A DNA stretch of 64,000 bases from an uncultured Eubacteriales bacterium (GTDB taxonomy: Bacteria; Bacillota; Clostridia; Tissierellales; Peptoniphilaceae): positions 20,765-84,764 of the forward strand of contig CABTXP010000001.1 of NCBI GenBank assembly GCA_902488815.1, in the 5' to 3' direction. The position numbers and the translations under genes are program-made. Of this stretch, positions 1 to 9,363 are shown one piece after another (the stretch's first letter is position 1; every line of letters begins with the position of its first letter). The notes under the pieces were generated by a model that saw only the letters and a program-made list of their open reading frames with translations, was not told the origin of the DNA and ran no database searches.

Positions 1-58
1 TTCTCTTTTCTTCTTCAACATTTGGATAAAACATTAATACAACTTCATAGTGTTTCAT
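1..58 (-). CDS. rpsF: 30S ribosomal protein S6, N-terminal part (runs off window start)
   Basis: Manual translation MKHYEVVLMFYPNVEEEKR matches the S6 N-terminus (YE..I..P...EE). GGAGGTG RBS and an S6:S18-type leader lie upstream. Not in the ORF track. Confidence 0.85.
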   Translation of the reverse strand, partial: MKHYEVVLMFYPNVEEEKR

Positions 59-61
59 CTT

Positions 62-104
62 TTCACCTCCTCCGGACTAATGGCACTTGCGTGCAGGATT
101 AACG
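62..104 (-). ncRNA. S6:S18 ribosomal protein leader (rpsF autoregulatory RNA)
   Basis: Minus strand reads UCCU-GCAC-GCAA-GUGC-CAUUAG-UCCG-GAGGAGGUG: a small hairpin, a CCG motif and a stem pairing with the SD, the layout of the Firmicute rpsF leader. Confidence 0.75.
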
Positions 105-109
105 AATAT

Positions 110-138
110 ATTTTAGTGGAGAATCTGAATTTTGTCAA
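110..138 (-). promoter_or_regulatory. sigma-A promoter of rpsF
   Basis: TTGACA (138-133), 17 bp, TAAAAT (115-110). Confidence 0.8.
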
Positions 139-139
139 G

Positions 140-165
140 AAAAAAAAGACGGTCTCCCGTCTTTT
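140..165 (-). terminator. Intrinsic terminator after ilvA
   Basis: AAAAGACGG-GAGA-CCGTCTTTTTTTT on the minus strand. Confidence 0.75.
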
Positions 166-1348
166 AATGTAATTTATATCCCGATGCAATAAGTGCCGAC
201 TTAATTTCTTCCTGATGGTTTTCGTCTCTCGTGGCAACTTTAACTCTCACCCACATTGTGTCAATGTCATCTCCCGCAAGGTCTACTACTTGGTCAATGG
301 TTTGAATGTTGGCACCCGATTCTTCAAAGATCTTTAAGAGCTTGTTAAGTTCTCCCGGCGAGTCCTGTAATGTAATGCGAAGGTCAAGAGCTCTCTTTGT
401 AGTGAAAAGTCCTTTTTCAATTACCTTTGATATTCTTTGCACATCAATGTTGCCACCTGACAATACGCACAGAACTTTCTTGCCCTTGGCGTCAAATTTA
501 TTATACATAAGTGCCGCCACAGCTGCCGCCGCCGCACCTTCAGACACAATTTTTTCGTCTTCCATTAAAGCCAAGATGGCTCCTGAAATTTCTCCTTCAG
601 ATACCAATACCACTTCGTCTACATATTCTTTCACTATGTCAAAGCACAAATCTCCCGGAGTTTTTACGGCAATGCCGTCTGCAATAGTCCGTGAGGAGTT
701 TAGAGTTATAACTTTATCTTCTTTTAAAGACTGATACATACTTCCCGCTGTTGAAGCCTGTACTCCTATGACCTTTACCTTGGGATTGATGGACTTAATT
801 GCAAGGGCAATCCCCGATATAAGTCCTCCACCTCCTATGGGCACGACGACAATGTCTACCAAGGGCAGCTGTTCCATAATTTCAATGCCGATGGTGCCTT
901 GTCCTGCGATTACTTCTTCGTCGTTAAAGGGATGGATAAAGGTGTAGCCCTTTTCTTTTTCCAGTTCATAGGCTCGCTGTTTTGCATCGTCAAAGGTGGT
1001 GGGCACAAGTACAACTTCCGCCCCAAGTCTTTTTGTCGCTTCAATTTTTGAAATGGGAGCGTATGTGGGAATACAGATTACGGACTTAACTCCCAAATCC
1101 CTCGCCGACTTTGCCACACCTTGGGCGTGATTGCCGGCGGAACAAGCTATTACTCCGCGCTTTAACTCCTCATCTGAAAGAGTCAAAATTTTGTTCAAAG
1201 CTCCTCTTATTTTAAAAGAGCCTGTCACTTGAAGGGACTCCATCTTTATGTAAGCATCATCTGCTATAGTTCTTAGAGAAACTACGGGAGTGTACTTTAT
1301 CTTGTCTTTAATTCTCTCTCTTGCTTTTAAGATTTGTTCAAATTTCAT
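164..1348 (-). CDS. ilvA: Threonine/serine ammonia-lyase (PLP, C-terminal ACT domain)
   Basis: GSFKIRGA PLP-lysine motif, SAGNHAQGVA, GGGGLISG, LSGGNID and an ACT-like C-terminus. Confidence 0.92.
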   Translation of the reverse strand: MKFEQILKARERIKDKIKYTPVVSLRTIADDAYIKMESLQVTGSFKIRGALNKILTLSDEELKRGVIACSAGNHAQGVAKSARDLGVKSVICIPTYAPISKIEATKRLGAEVVLVPTTFDDAKQRAYELEKEKGYTFIHPFNDEEVIAGQGTIGIEIMEQLPLVDIVVVPIGGGGLISGIALAIKSINPKVKVIGVQASTAGSMYQSLKEDKVITLNSSRTIADGIAVKTPGDLCFDIVKEYVDEVVLVSEGEISGAILALMEDEKIVSEGAAAAAVAALMYNKFDAKGKKVLCVLSGGNIDVQRISKVIEKGLFTTKRALDLRITLQDSPGELNKLLKIFEESGANIQTIDQVVDLAGDDIDTMWVRVKVATRDENHQEEIKSALIASGYKLH

Positions 1349-1349
1349 A

Positions 1350-2579
1350 TCAGTACAACGGGAATGTCTTTAAAACTTCAAGGACATTGTCTTTAATTTC
1401 AGTTACAGGTCTTCTCTCTTTTAATCTGTCGCACATAAGTTTTGCAATGTACTTCATGTCTTCTTCCTTCATGCCTCTTGTAGTCATGGCGGGAGTTCCT
1501 ATTCTCACACCGCTTGTGACAAATGGGCTTTCAGGGTCCATGGGAATTGTGTTTTTGTTTGAAGTAATATTTACTTCCGAAAGCATTTCTTCAGCAGCCT
1601 TGCCTGTAAGGTTTAAACCTCTCACGTCAATTAAGAGCAGGTGGTTGTCAGTGCCACCTGAGACAAGTCTTATGCCTTCTTCGTTAAATACTTCCGACAT
1701 GGCCGCCGCATTTTTCTTAACTTGTTCCATGTACTCCTTATAAGAAGGATCTAACGCTTCTTTAAAACAAACGGCCTTTGCCGCAATGACGTGTTCCAAA
1801 GGTCCCCCTTGAAGTCCGGGGAAAATTCCCTTGTCAATTCTCTTTGCATGTTCTTCCTTGCAAAGAATTGCGCCGCCTCTCGGGCCTCTTAAAGTCTTGT
1901 GAGTAGTAGTTGTTACAATGTCCGCATAGGGCACGGGAGAATTATGTAAACCTGTTGCAACAAGTCCTGCAATGTGAGCCATGTCAACCATGAGCATTGC
2001 ACCAACTTCCTTTGCAATTTCTCCAAAGGCTTTAAAGTCAATTTCTCTCGGATATGCACTTGCCCCTGCCACAATCATCTTCGGCTTAACTTTTTTTGCA
2101 ATTTCAAGGACATTGTCATAGTCAATGCGTTCAGTCTTTTCGTCGACGCCGTAAGCTTCAAAGTTGTAAGTCCTGCCTGAAAAGTTTACAGGGCTTCCGT
2201 GAGTCAAGTGTCCCCCTTCTGAAAGGTTCATGCCAAGCACCGTGTCCCCGGGTTTTAAAAATTCCGCATAGACACCGATATTTGCATTGGCGCCGGAGTG
2301 AGGCTGAACATTTGCGTGGTCGGCGTTAAAAAGTTTTTTAAGTCTTTCTCTTGCCAAGTCTTCTACAACGTCAATGTATTCACATCCCGCATAGTATCTC
2401 TTGCCGGGATAGCCTTCGGCATACTTGTTGGTCATAATTGAGCCTTGAGCTTCAAGTACCGCCTTTGAAACAAAGTTTTCGGAAGCAATAAGCTCAACGT
2501 GTTCTCTCTGTCTTTTAAGTTCGTTTTCGATGCCTTGGAAGACATCTTTGTCATATTGTGCTAAGGATTCTAAATTCAT
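1350..2579 (-). CDS. glyA: Serine hydroxymethyltransferase
   Basis: [34 protein letters not shown]. Confidence 0.98.
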   Translation of the reverse strand: MNLESLAQYDKDVFQGIENELKRQREHVELIASENFVSKAVLEAQGSIMTNKYAEGYPGKRYYAGCEYIDVVEDLARERLKKLFNADHANVQPHSGANANIGVYAEFLKPGDTVLGMNLSEGGHLTHGSPVNFSGRTYNFEAYGVDEKTERIDYDNVLEIAKKVKPKMIVAGASAYPREIDFKAFGEIAKEVGAMLMVDMAHIAGLVATGLHNSPVPYADIVTTTTHKTLRGPRGGAILCKEEHAKRIDKGIFPGLQGGPLEHVIAAKAVCFKEALDPSYKEYMEQVKKNAAAMSEVFNEEGIRLVSGGTDNHLLLIDVRGLNLTGKAAEEMLSEVNITSNKNTIPMDPESPFVTSGVRIGTPAMTTRGMKEEDMKYIAKLMCDRLKERRPVTEIKDNVLEVLKTFPLY

Positions 2580-2658
2580 TTTTCACCTCTTAATAATATA
2601 TATTTAATTGTAACACAGAAATAAAAAAATAAGCTATAATGAAGAGAAGGAGAGATGT

Positions 2659-3069
2659 ATGAAAAGAAAAGTTTTATCTATATTAATAATAAGTGCGGCA
2701 CTTCTATTACTTATAGGCTGCAACAAGACCAAAAAATTAGAAGTATTTACAAAGGACAAACTTGAGGAGAAAGCTTCGGAAGTCTTCGAGACAATTCAAG
2801 AAAGAGACTTTGACAAGCTTAGAGAACTTGCATCGGACAGTTTAAAAGAAGAGCTTACAGATGAAAACATAGCTCAAATCGACGAATACTTGGACGAAGT
2901 GGGCGAGTTTAAAAAGATAAAGAAAAAGTCCTACAGAGAATTAAAAGAAAAAGAAGGGGACGATGTGCTGGGAGTAGTGTACTACAATGTGCAGTATTTC
3001 GAACAAAAGATTAACTACACCTTCACCTTTGACAAGGACTACAACTTTAAAGGACTTCTCTTCAGATAG
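2659..3069 (+). CDS. Lipoprotein, DUF3887-like
   Basis: Lipobox LLIGC and an AGGAG RBS. The C-terminal FTFDKDYNFKGLLF resembles DUF3887. Confidence 0.65.
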   Translation: MKRKVLSILIISAALLLLIGCNKTKKLEVFTKDKLEEKASEVFETIQERDFDKLRELASDSLKEELTDENIAQIDEYLDEVGEFKKIKKKSYRELKEKEGDDVLGVVYYNVQYFEQKINYTFTFDKDYNFKGLLFR

Positions 3070-3121
3070 GAATACTTTTGAAGAGAAGGTATTAATGTTA
3101 GTATAAATTTATGAGGAATTT

Positions 3122-3640
3122 ATGAAAAAGAATCTGTTTAAAATTGCAACGTTAATTATGTTAATAATTGCCCTTGTAGGCTGCGGAAATAAAAACAGCG
3201 CCGCCGACAACAACGCTTCAAAGGAAGCTGAGAAAAAAGAAGAAGCTCCCGTGACAGAAGTTGCAAAGGACGAAGAAAAACCGGATGACAAAGAAAGTGG
3301 AGATGCCGAGGACATAGGTGAAGGCAGCTTTTATTTGAAAAACGAAAGCGGCACAACTGAAAACGACGAACCTATTACACTATCCTATGACGAAAGTTTA
3401 GGTTACATTTCAGTAGGGATTGTCACTTCAGGCATAGACATTAGTCGTCAAACTGCAGTATATGTAGATGACACATTGATGACTTTAAATTATTTTGAAG
3501 CACCTGAAACGGAAATAATCATACCTCAACAACTTGAAGACGGTCCTCACAATCTAATACTTAAACAATTTAAAGACGACAACAGAGAAGGCGAACCTAC
3601 ATTGGTTAAGTCCGCTCCCTTTATATACGAAACAAAATAA
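3122..3640 (+). CDS. Hypothetical lipoprotein
   Basis: Lipobox ALVGC, acidic low-complexity linker, beta-rich C-terminal domain, GAGG RBS. Confidence 0.75.
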   Translation: MKKNLFKIATLIMLIIALVGCGNKNSAADNNASKEAEKKEEAPVTEVAKDEEKPDDKESGDAEDIGEGSFYLKNESGTTENDEPITLSYDESLGYISVGIVTSGIDISRQTAVYVDDTLMTLNYFEAPETEIIIPQQLEDGPHNLILKQFKDDNREGEPTLVKSAPFIYETK

Positions 3641-3648
3641 TAAATTAT

Positions 3649-3672
3649 TGCCCTCTATAGAGGGCATTTTTT
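3649..3672 (+). terminator. Intrinsic terminator
   Basis: TGCCCTC-TATA-GAGGGCA followed by a T run. Confidence 0.75.
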
Positions 3673-3867
3673 ATAAACTTTTTTGTATAAAACTAAATCA
3701 TTATCCGCATACCCCCATCCTAATTTATCTTTGTCTACACCCTTTCATTTTTTATATTATTTTAAACATATATTTACCATTCTTGTATTATTTACTTTAC
3801 ATATTTTTTATTTTAAAAATATATTCTCCATACATGTTACCCCTATATTGTTACAGAGGAGGTGAGC

Positions 3868-4647
3868 ATGATCGGAGAATTTTTTGTTGCTTCTTCTCTG
3901 ATGTGGAATTTCACTGAAGAAGAAATATTTGAATATGTTGCAAAAAATAATTTGTCCGGCATAGAGTTTTGGTCTCAACAAATTCAAAACAATAATTTTA
4001 CTTTGGACAAAATAAATTATTTACAGGAACAATATAATTTAAAAGTTGTTCTTCACGGCAAGAGTTGGGATCTCAACTTGGCTTCAATTAATGAAAATAT
4101 TAGAGAACTAAGTGTCAAGGAAAATTTAAGGGACATAGATCTTGCAAAAGAAATAGGTGCCGCCGAGGTGACTATTCACCCGGGCAGATACTCTGTGTGT
4201 TGCGACACGGAAAGTTACTATACCTATCTGAGAGAGAGTTTTGACCAAATTATTGAATACTCTATTTTGAAAAATATTCCAATATCCGTAGAGATAATGG
4301 AAAAAATAAAAAAGGAATTTATAACAGATATCAAGTCTTTAAAAAAACTCATGGAAGATATGTTTAAAGATATTTATACCACCCCTGACGTATCTCACTG
4401 CGACAGTGAAGAGGAAATATATTATTTGTTGGACAACCTTGAAAATGTTTCAAAAGTACACATAAGTAACAGGCAAAAAGACATGTACCACACAGACCTT
4501 ATGACGGGAATATTCCCCATGGATAAAATAATCACGGACATTGCAAAAAGAAAAATACCCATGGTTTTGGAAGGGATGGAAACAGGAAGCGCGACACACT
4601 TTTTAGACAAAAACATTAATTACTTAAAGGAGAAAAATTTAATATGA
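3868..4647 (+). CDS. Sugar-phosphate isomerase/epimerase family TIM-barrel (AP-endonuclease-2 fold)
   Basis: GIEFW, LH..SWDLNLAS, VTIHPG, VEIME, DVSH, HISN and VLEG metal ligands. ATG at 3868 follows GGAGGTG. Confidence 0.8.
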   Translation: MIGEFFVASSLMWNFTEEEIFEYVAKNNLSGIEFWSQQIQNNNFTLDKINYLQEQYNLKVVLHGKSWDLNLASINENIRELSVKENLRDIDLAKEIGAAEVTIHPGRYSVCCDTESYYTYLRESFDQIIEYSILKNIPISVEIMEKIKKEFITDIKSLKKLMEDMFKDIYTTPDVSHCDSEEEIYYLLDNLENVSKVHISNRQKDMYHTDLMTGIFPMDKIITDIAKRKIPMVLEGMETGSATHFLDKNINYLKEKNLI

Positions 4648-5693
4648 AAAGATTAATTATTATTTTAGCTTTTATTTTAGCCTTAACGGCTTGCGGCCAA
4701 AGTACTCAAAAAGCACCTGCAGCAAATGAAAAGAATGAAAAAGAAGTTTCAAGTGAAAAAACTGAAGAGCCCAAGGAAATTGAAGGCACCATCACTCTTT
4801 ACACTTCACAACCGGAAGACGATGCCAACAAACTTATTGAAGGATTTAAAAAAGTCTATCCCAAAGCCGATGTAGTTGTATTTAGATCGGGAACAGAAGA
4901 AGTTGTTTCAAAAATTCTTTCTGAAAAAGAAGTCAACGCACTTCAAGCAGATATTGTATTGGTAGCCGATACAGTTACATTTGAAGTTTTAAAACAAAAT
5001 GAAATCTTGGATAAATATGTCTCACCGGAACTTGAAGGTATAGACCCTAAGTTTTGCGACAAGGACAACTACTATGTAGGTACCAAAATAATTTCAACGG
5101 GAATTATTCAAAATACAGATGTGTATAAGGGAGAAATAAAAGGATTTAAAGACTTGATCAAGGAAGATACAAAGTCTCAAACTATTATGCCTTCCCCTCT
5201 ATATTCAGGAGCTGCAGCTTACAACCTTTCCCTACTGACAAGAACGGACGGCTTGGGCTGGGAATTCTATGAAGGACTTAAAAATAACGACGTATTGGTA
5301 GATAAAGGAAACGGTGCAGTACAAAAATCCGTAATGTCGGGACAAAAAGGCTTGGGAATCATAGTAGATTACATGGCAATTCGTTCTAAAAAAGACGGCG
5401 CTCCTGTAGAATTTGTCTATCCGGAAGAAGGCTCACCTATAGTAACCGAACCTGTAGGCATAGTTAAAGGTACAAAAAATCCTGAAGTAGCTCAAGCTTT
5501 CTACGACTATATAATTTCAAAAGACGGACAAGAACTTGCTTCTTCCATGGGTTACACTCCTATAAGAGGAGATGTGCCAGCTCCCGAAGGACTTAAATCT
5601 GCAAAGGAACTTAATGTACTGTTCGGAGATGACAAAGTATTACTTGAAAGCAGAGAACAAGACAAGGAAGAATTTTCAAAGCTTTTCCAATAG
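4644..5693 (+). CDS. ABC transporter substrate-binding lipoprotein, FbpA/AfuA (iron/sugar-phosphate) class
   Basis: Lipobox LTAC, LYTSQ, RSGT, MPSPLYSGAA, FVYPEEG. Confidence 0.88.
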   Translation: MKRLIIILAFILALTACGQSTQKAPAANEKNEKEVSSEKTEEPKEIEGTITLYTSQPEDDANKLIEGFKKVYPKADVVVFRSGTEEVVSKILSEKEVNALQADIVLVADTVTFEVLKQNEILDKYVSPELEGIDPKFCDKDNYYVGTKIISTGIIQNTDVYKGEIKGFKDLIKEDTKSQTIMPSPLYSGAAAYNLSLLTRTDGLGWEFYEGLKNNDVLVDKGNGAVQKSVMSGQKGLGIIVDYMAIRSKKDGAPVEFVYPEEGSPIVTEPVGIVKGTKNPEVAQAFYDYIISKDGQELASSMGYTPIRGDVPAPEGLKSAKELNVLFGDDKVLLESREQDKEEFSKLFQ

Positions 5694-5705
5694 GAAGGAG
5701 ATATT

Positions 5706-7352
5706 TTGAAAAGAGATAAGGCAGTAGACTATTTATTAGTTATATTGGTTGTATTTGTATTTATCATCCCCTTTATAAAACTCTTTACTATGAGTTTTAG
5801 AGGGGATGGTATTATTCAAAACTACAGCCGAATTTTTTCAGACCCGAGAGTTTTAAAAGGTATAGCAAATACATTTATTATAGGCGTCACAGTCTCTTTT
5901 TTGACTTTGTTAACAGGTTCTTATTTAGCATTTATCATCGCCTATACCGATATTCGTTTTAAAAATGCGCTGAAAGTGTTAGTGTATCTTCCGTTTATTG
6001 TTCCGGGATACATAATGACACTTGCCTGGACAAACATTACATCAAGTATAGGAATCGTTACAAAGATTCTAAATAGTGTAGGACTTAAGCCGGTCAACCT
6101 GTACTCAATAGGAGGAATAATATTTGTAATGGTGATTTGCTACACTCCTTTTGTCTACTTGAGTGTATACAGATCCCTAATTAAAGTACCTCTCAGCAAC
6201 GAATACGCTTCAAAGCTTTTAAACTACGGAAGCTTTGCTACATTTAAAAATATAAACTTAAGGCAGATTAAACCTACATTGGTAAGTACATTTGTATTGG
6301 TCTTTCTCTCGACCTTAGACAATTTTTCCATACCGGCTTTTTTAGGAGTTCCGGCAGGCATATCTGTACTCTCCACATTGATTTATGAAAAGACTATATC
6401 CGTAATGACAGGTGGCTTTACAGATCCCGCCGTACTTTCAGTACTCCTCTTTATTATTTCAGTCTCGGTATCACAAGCCGAGTCGAAAATTTTAAAAAAG
6501 TCACGGACAGGCAAAGATTCTGTCGAAGATACATCTTTAAGATATGAATTTAAACCGAGGACAAAAGCAATTGTTGAGGTGCTTACCTTTGCAATTTTTA
6601 TTTTTGTAAACATTGTTCCCATAGGTTTTATGGTGTACTCATCATTTATATCGAACTATGTAAAAGGATTTTCTTTTTCCAACTTCACTATAGAGAATTA
6701 CAAAAATCTCTTCGCCATATCTTCAATTAAAATGTCCATTACAAACAGTTTTAAGTTTGCAATTATAACTGTAATTTTGTGCGGAGTCTTTGCAATAATT
6801 TACGGATATTTTAAATGGAAGAATAAATATAATATCAGTATGTCTCTACTTGAAAAAGGAACAAGTATATCTTACTCACTACCCGGAATGGTACTTGCGC
6901 TGTGTATGATCTTTCACTGGGCAAAACCTGTCCCCGGACTTAACATAGGTTTTTACGCCACACCTGTAATAATTTTAATTGCCTATGTGACAAGATTTTT
7001 AATTATAGATATGAAGTCGGCATACCAGGGTTTCAGTTCAATATCCTACAGTTTGGAATACGCAGCGGTGCTTTCAAACAAGTCCTCCTTTAAAAAGTGG
7101 ACGAGGATTTTTCTGCCCTTGATATACAAATATATTCTGACTTCATCTCTTTTAGTATTTGTATACGCCCTGACGGAGCTAAGCCTTTCGGCAATGCTTT
7201 CGGGCCCTTTTACCAAGACCATAGGACTTTTGATATTTAATCTGCAACAGTCGGGAGACTATCCCCTGGCATATGCCATGTCAACTTTGGTTTTGATTGT
7301 GCTTCTGATTATGTATATATTGATGGAAAAAATAAACGGAGGAAAAAAATGA
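5706..7352 (+). CDS. ABC transporter permease with two fused TM modules (FbpB/AfuB class)
   Basis: Hydrophobic duplicated permease modules with EAA-like loops (EYASKLL, EYAAVLS). Confidence 0.88.
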   Translation: MKRDKAVDYLLVILVVFVFIIPFIKLFTMSFRGDGIIQNYSRIFSDPRVLKGIANTFIIGVTVSFLTLLTGSYLAFIIAYTDIRFKNALKVLVYLPFIVPGYIMTLAWTNITSSIGIVTKILNSVGLKPVNLYSIGGIIFVMVICYTPFVYLSVYRSLIKVPLSNEYASKLLNYGSFATFKNINLRQIKPTLVSTFVLVFLSTLDNFSIPAFLGVPAGISVLSTLIYEKTISVMTGGFTDPAVLSVLLFIISVSVSQAESKILKKSRTGKDSVEDTSLRYEFKPRTKAIVEVLTFAIFIFVNIVPIGFMVYSSFISNYVKGFSFSNFTIENYKNLFAISSIKMSITNSFKFAIITVILCGVFAIIYGYFKWKNKYNISMSLLEKGTSISYSLPGMVLALCMIFHWAKPVPGLNIGFYATPVIILIAYVTRFLIIDMKSAYQGFSSISYSLEYAAVLSNKSSFKKWTRIFLPLIYKYILTSSLLVFVYALTELSLSAMLSGPFTKTIGLLIFNLQQSGDYPLAYAMSTLVLIVLLIMYILMEKINGGKK

Positions 7353-8383
7353 CCCTTATAATTGACAATGTATGTAAGAGTTTCAATAAAAAAGAAGTTT
7401 TAAAAAATATAAATTTGGAAATACAAGACGGCGAATTTATTTCGCTACTTGGGGCAAGCGGATGCGGAAAGACTACTTTATTAAAAATAATTGCAGGCTT
7501 TGAAAAAATAGACCGCGGCTCGGTGACGAAGGACGGAAAAGTATTTGTTAATGACAAAGGTGTCTTTTTGCCGCCGCAAGACAGAAGCTTAAACATGGTG
7601 TTCCAACAATTTGCTCTGTGGCCCCACATGAATGTGAGAGAACACTTGGAGTATGCCCTTAAAGGAAAAGGCGGAAGCAAAGACATTGAAGAAGAAATAA
7701 AGAAGATGCTTGAAACTGTAGATCTTACCGGCTTTGAAAAAGCATACCCGGGCGACCTTTCAGGAGGGCAAAAGCAAAGAGTCTCCCTTGCAAGAGCATT
7801 AATTACAAAGCCTGAAATGATACTTATGGACGAACCTCTCTCAGCCTTGGATGCAAATTTAAGAGTTGAGATGCGAAAATTTATTAAAGAAATTCATCAA
7901 AGGTTTAAATCCCTCATAATTTATGTCACTCACGACCAGGTAGAAGCTTTAACCATGAGCGACAGAATTGTAATATTAAAAGACGGCGTAGTTGAACAAG
8001 TCGGAAGTCCTGTAGAAATTTACGAAAATCCCAAGACGGAATATGTGGCAAAATTTGTAGGCAAATCCAATTTAATAAAGGGTGCGTGGCAGGGAGATTT
8101 ATTCCGCGTGGAAGACTCCGACATTTTGTTAAAGGATAAGACCTTTAAAGACAGATTTGAAAATCCGAACATCTATCCTGTGAAACCTGATGAGCTTTTA
8201 ATATCCAAAGGCCCTTCCGGTATAATGGGCAAAATAATTCAAATCGACTATATGGGCACAGGCTTTGAATACAAATTGGACACTACAATGGGTATAATAA
8301 ATGTACTTAGCAAGGGCTCAGAATACACCTTGGGGGAAAATGTAAAAATTAACATGAGGGAGAATTATAAAAATGCTATGTGA
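7349..8383 (+). CDS. ABC transporter ATP-binding protein (FbpC/PotA class)
   Basis: GASGCGKTT, LSGGQKQR, LMDEP, VTHDQ, TOBE-like C-terminus. Confidence 0.93.
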   Translation: MTLIIDNVCKSFNKKEVLKNINLEIQDGEFISLLGASGCGKTTLLKIIAGFEKIDRGSVTKDGKVFVNDKGVFLPPQDRSLNMVFQQFALWPHMNVREHLEYALKGKGGSKDIEEEIKKMLETVDLTGFEKAYPGDLSGGQKQRVSLARALITKPEMILMDEPLSALDANLRVEMRKFIKEIHQRFKSLIIYVTHDQVEALTMSDRIVILKDGVVEQVGSPVEIYENPKTEYVAKFVGKSNLIKGAWQGDLFRVEDSDILLKDKTFKDRFENPNIYPVKPDELLISKGPSGIMGKIIQIDYMGTGFEYKLDTTMGIINVLSKGSEYTLGENVKINMRENYKNAM

Positions 8384-9110
8384 TCTTCACACTCATACAA
8401 TAGTAAGCGGTCATGCCTATTCAACGCTTAAAGAAAATATTGAAAGGGCAAAATCTAAAGGACTTAAATTTTTAGGCACCAGCGAACACGGAGAGAAGAT
8501 GCCCGGATCTGTGAATAACGTCTACTTTTATAACATGAGAGTTATAAAGAGAAATTGGAACGGGATATACCTGTTGAGAGGAGCCGAAGCAAATATTTTG
8601 GACTATGAAGGAAGTATAGACGTGTTTGAAGAAAAGCACACTAAAAACTTGGACTACCTTATCGCCTCACTTCACACGCCCTGTATAGAAGACGGAGGTA
8701 TTGTTAAAAACACCGACGCTCTTATAAAAGCTATGGATAAAAATAAAGTGAGAATAATCGGTCATCCCGACGACGACAGATACCCGATTGACAGAAAAGA
8801 AGTAGTGCGTGCCGCAAAGGCAAAAAATATTTTAATTGAACTCAACAACTCTTCCCTTTCACCTTTGAGTTCCAGAATAAATGCAAGAGATAATATAAAG
8901 GAACTTTTAAATTATGCAGCAGAGTGTGAAGCGGATATTATAATAAACTCCGATGCCCATATTGAATATGATGTAGGAGATTTTACATCGGCATGTGAGC
9001 TCCTCAAGGAATTAAATTATCCCCAAGAGAGAATTATAAACTTTGACGACAAGGAAGACAGGCTTTTTAAATATTTGAAAATAGATAGAGAAAAATTTTA
9101 TCAGCAATAA
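8373..9110 (+). CDS. PHP-family phosphatase (YcdX-like)
   Basis: DLHTHT..SGHAYST, SEH, GAEANI, ASLH, GHPD, ELNNSS, NSDAH. Confidence 0.9.
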   Translation: MLCDLHTHTIVSGHAYSTLKENIERAKSKGLKFLGTSEHGEKMPGSVNNVYFYNMRVIKRNWNGIYLLRGAEANILDYEGSIDVFEEKHTKNLDYLIASLHTPCIEDGGIVKNTDALIKAMDKNKVRIIGHPDDDRYPIDRKEVVRAAKAKNILIELNNSSLSPLSSRINARDNIKELLNYAAECEADIIINSDAHIEYDVGDFTSACELLKELNYPQERIINFDDKEDRLFKYLKIDREKFYQQ

Positions 9111-9140
9111 AAAATCCGAGGATTACCTCGGACTTTTATT
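9111..9140 (+). terminator. Intrinsic terminator of the ABC operon
   Basis: TCCGAGG-ATTA-CCTCGGA followed by CTTTTATT. Confidence 0.7.
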
Positions 9141-9151
9141 TCTGATAAATT

Positions 9152-9193
9152 TGTAACCTATGTGTAACCTATCTGTAACCTCAAGTGTAACCT
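9152..9193. repeat. Four direct TGTAACCT repeats (11, 11, 12 bp pitch)
   Basis: TGTAACCT at 9152, 9163, 9174 and 9186. Confidence 0.9.
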
Positions 9194-9250
9194 TTCGGGT
9201 AGTTTTTTACTACTTATCCACAGGTAAGTAAAAATATAAATGGCTTAAAA

Positions 9251-9326
9251 TGGAGCTATTAGCGGGACTTGAACCCGCGACCTCTACATTACCAATGTAG
9301 TGCTCTACCGTCTGAGCTATAATAGC
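9251..9326 (-). tRNA. tRNA-Thr (GGT)
   Basis: Reverse complement GCTATTATAGCTCAGACGGTAGAGCACTACATTGGTAATGTAGAGGTCGCGGGTTCAAGTCCCGCTAATAGCTCCA forms a cloverleaf with anticodon GGT and encoded CCA. Confidence 0.97.
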
Positions 9327-9334
9327 GTGCTTAT

Positions 9335-9363
9335 ATTCTACAAAGGTTTCATGTATTAGTCAA
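9335..9363 (-). promoter_or_regulatory. sigma-A promoter of tRNA-Thr
   Basis: TTGACT, 17 bp, TAGAAT just upstream of the tRNA 5' end. Confidence 0.7.

Noticed and set aside
3648..3917. Short ORFs (89 aa, 60 aa) and a minus-strand fragment KGVDKDKLGWGYADNDLVL
   Set aside because: They overlap a terminator and AT-rich promoter DNA and lack RBS support. The fragment is too short to call a pseudogene.
9214..9222. Replication origin (oriC)
   Set aside because: Only one perfect DnaA box was noticed, with no box cluster and no dnaA/dnaN in the window.
2620..9326. Intact genomic island bounded by tRNA-Thr direct repeats
   Set aside because: I found no duplicated tRNA 3' end and no integrase. The AGCTATAAT match near 2632 is better explained as a -10 box.
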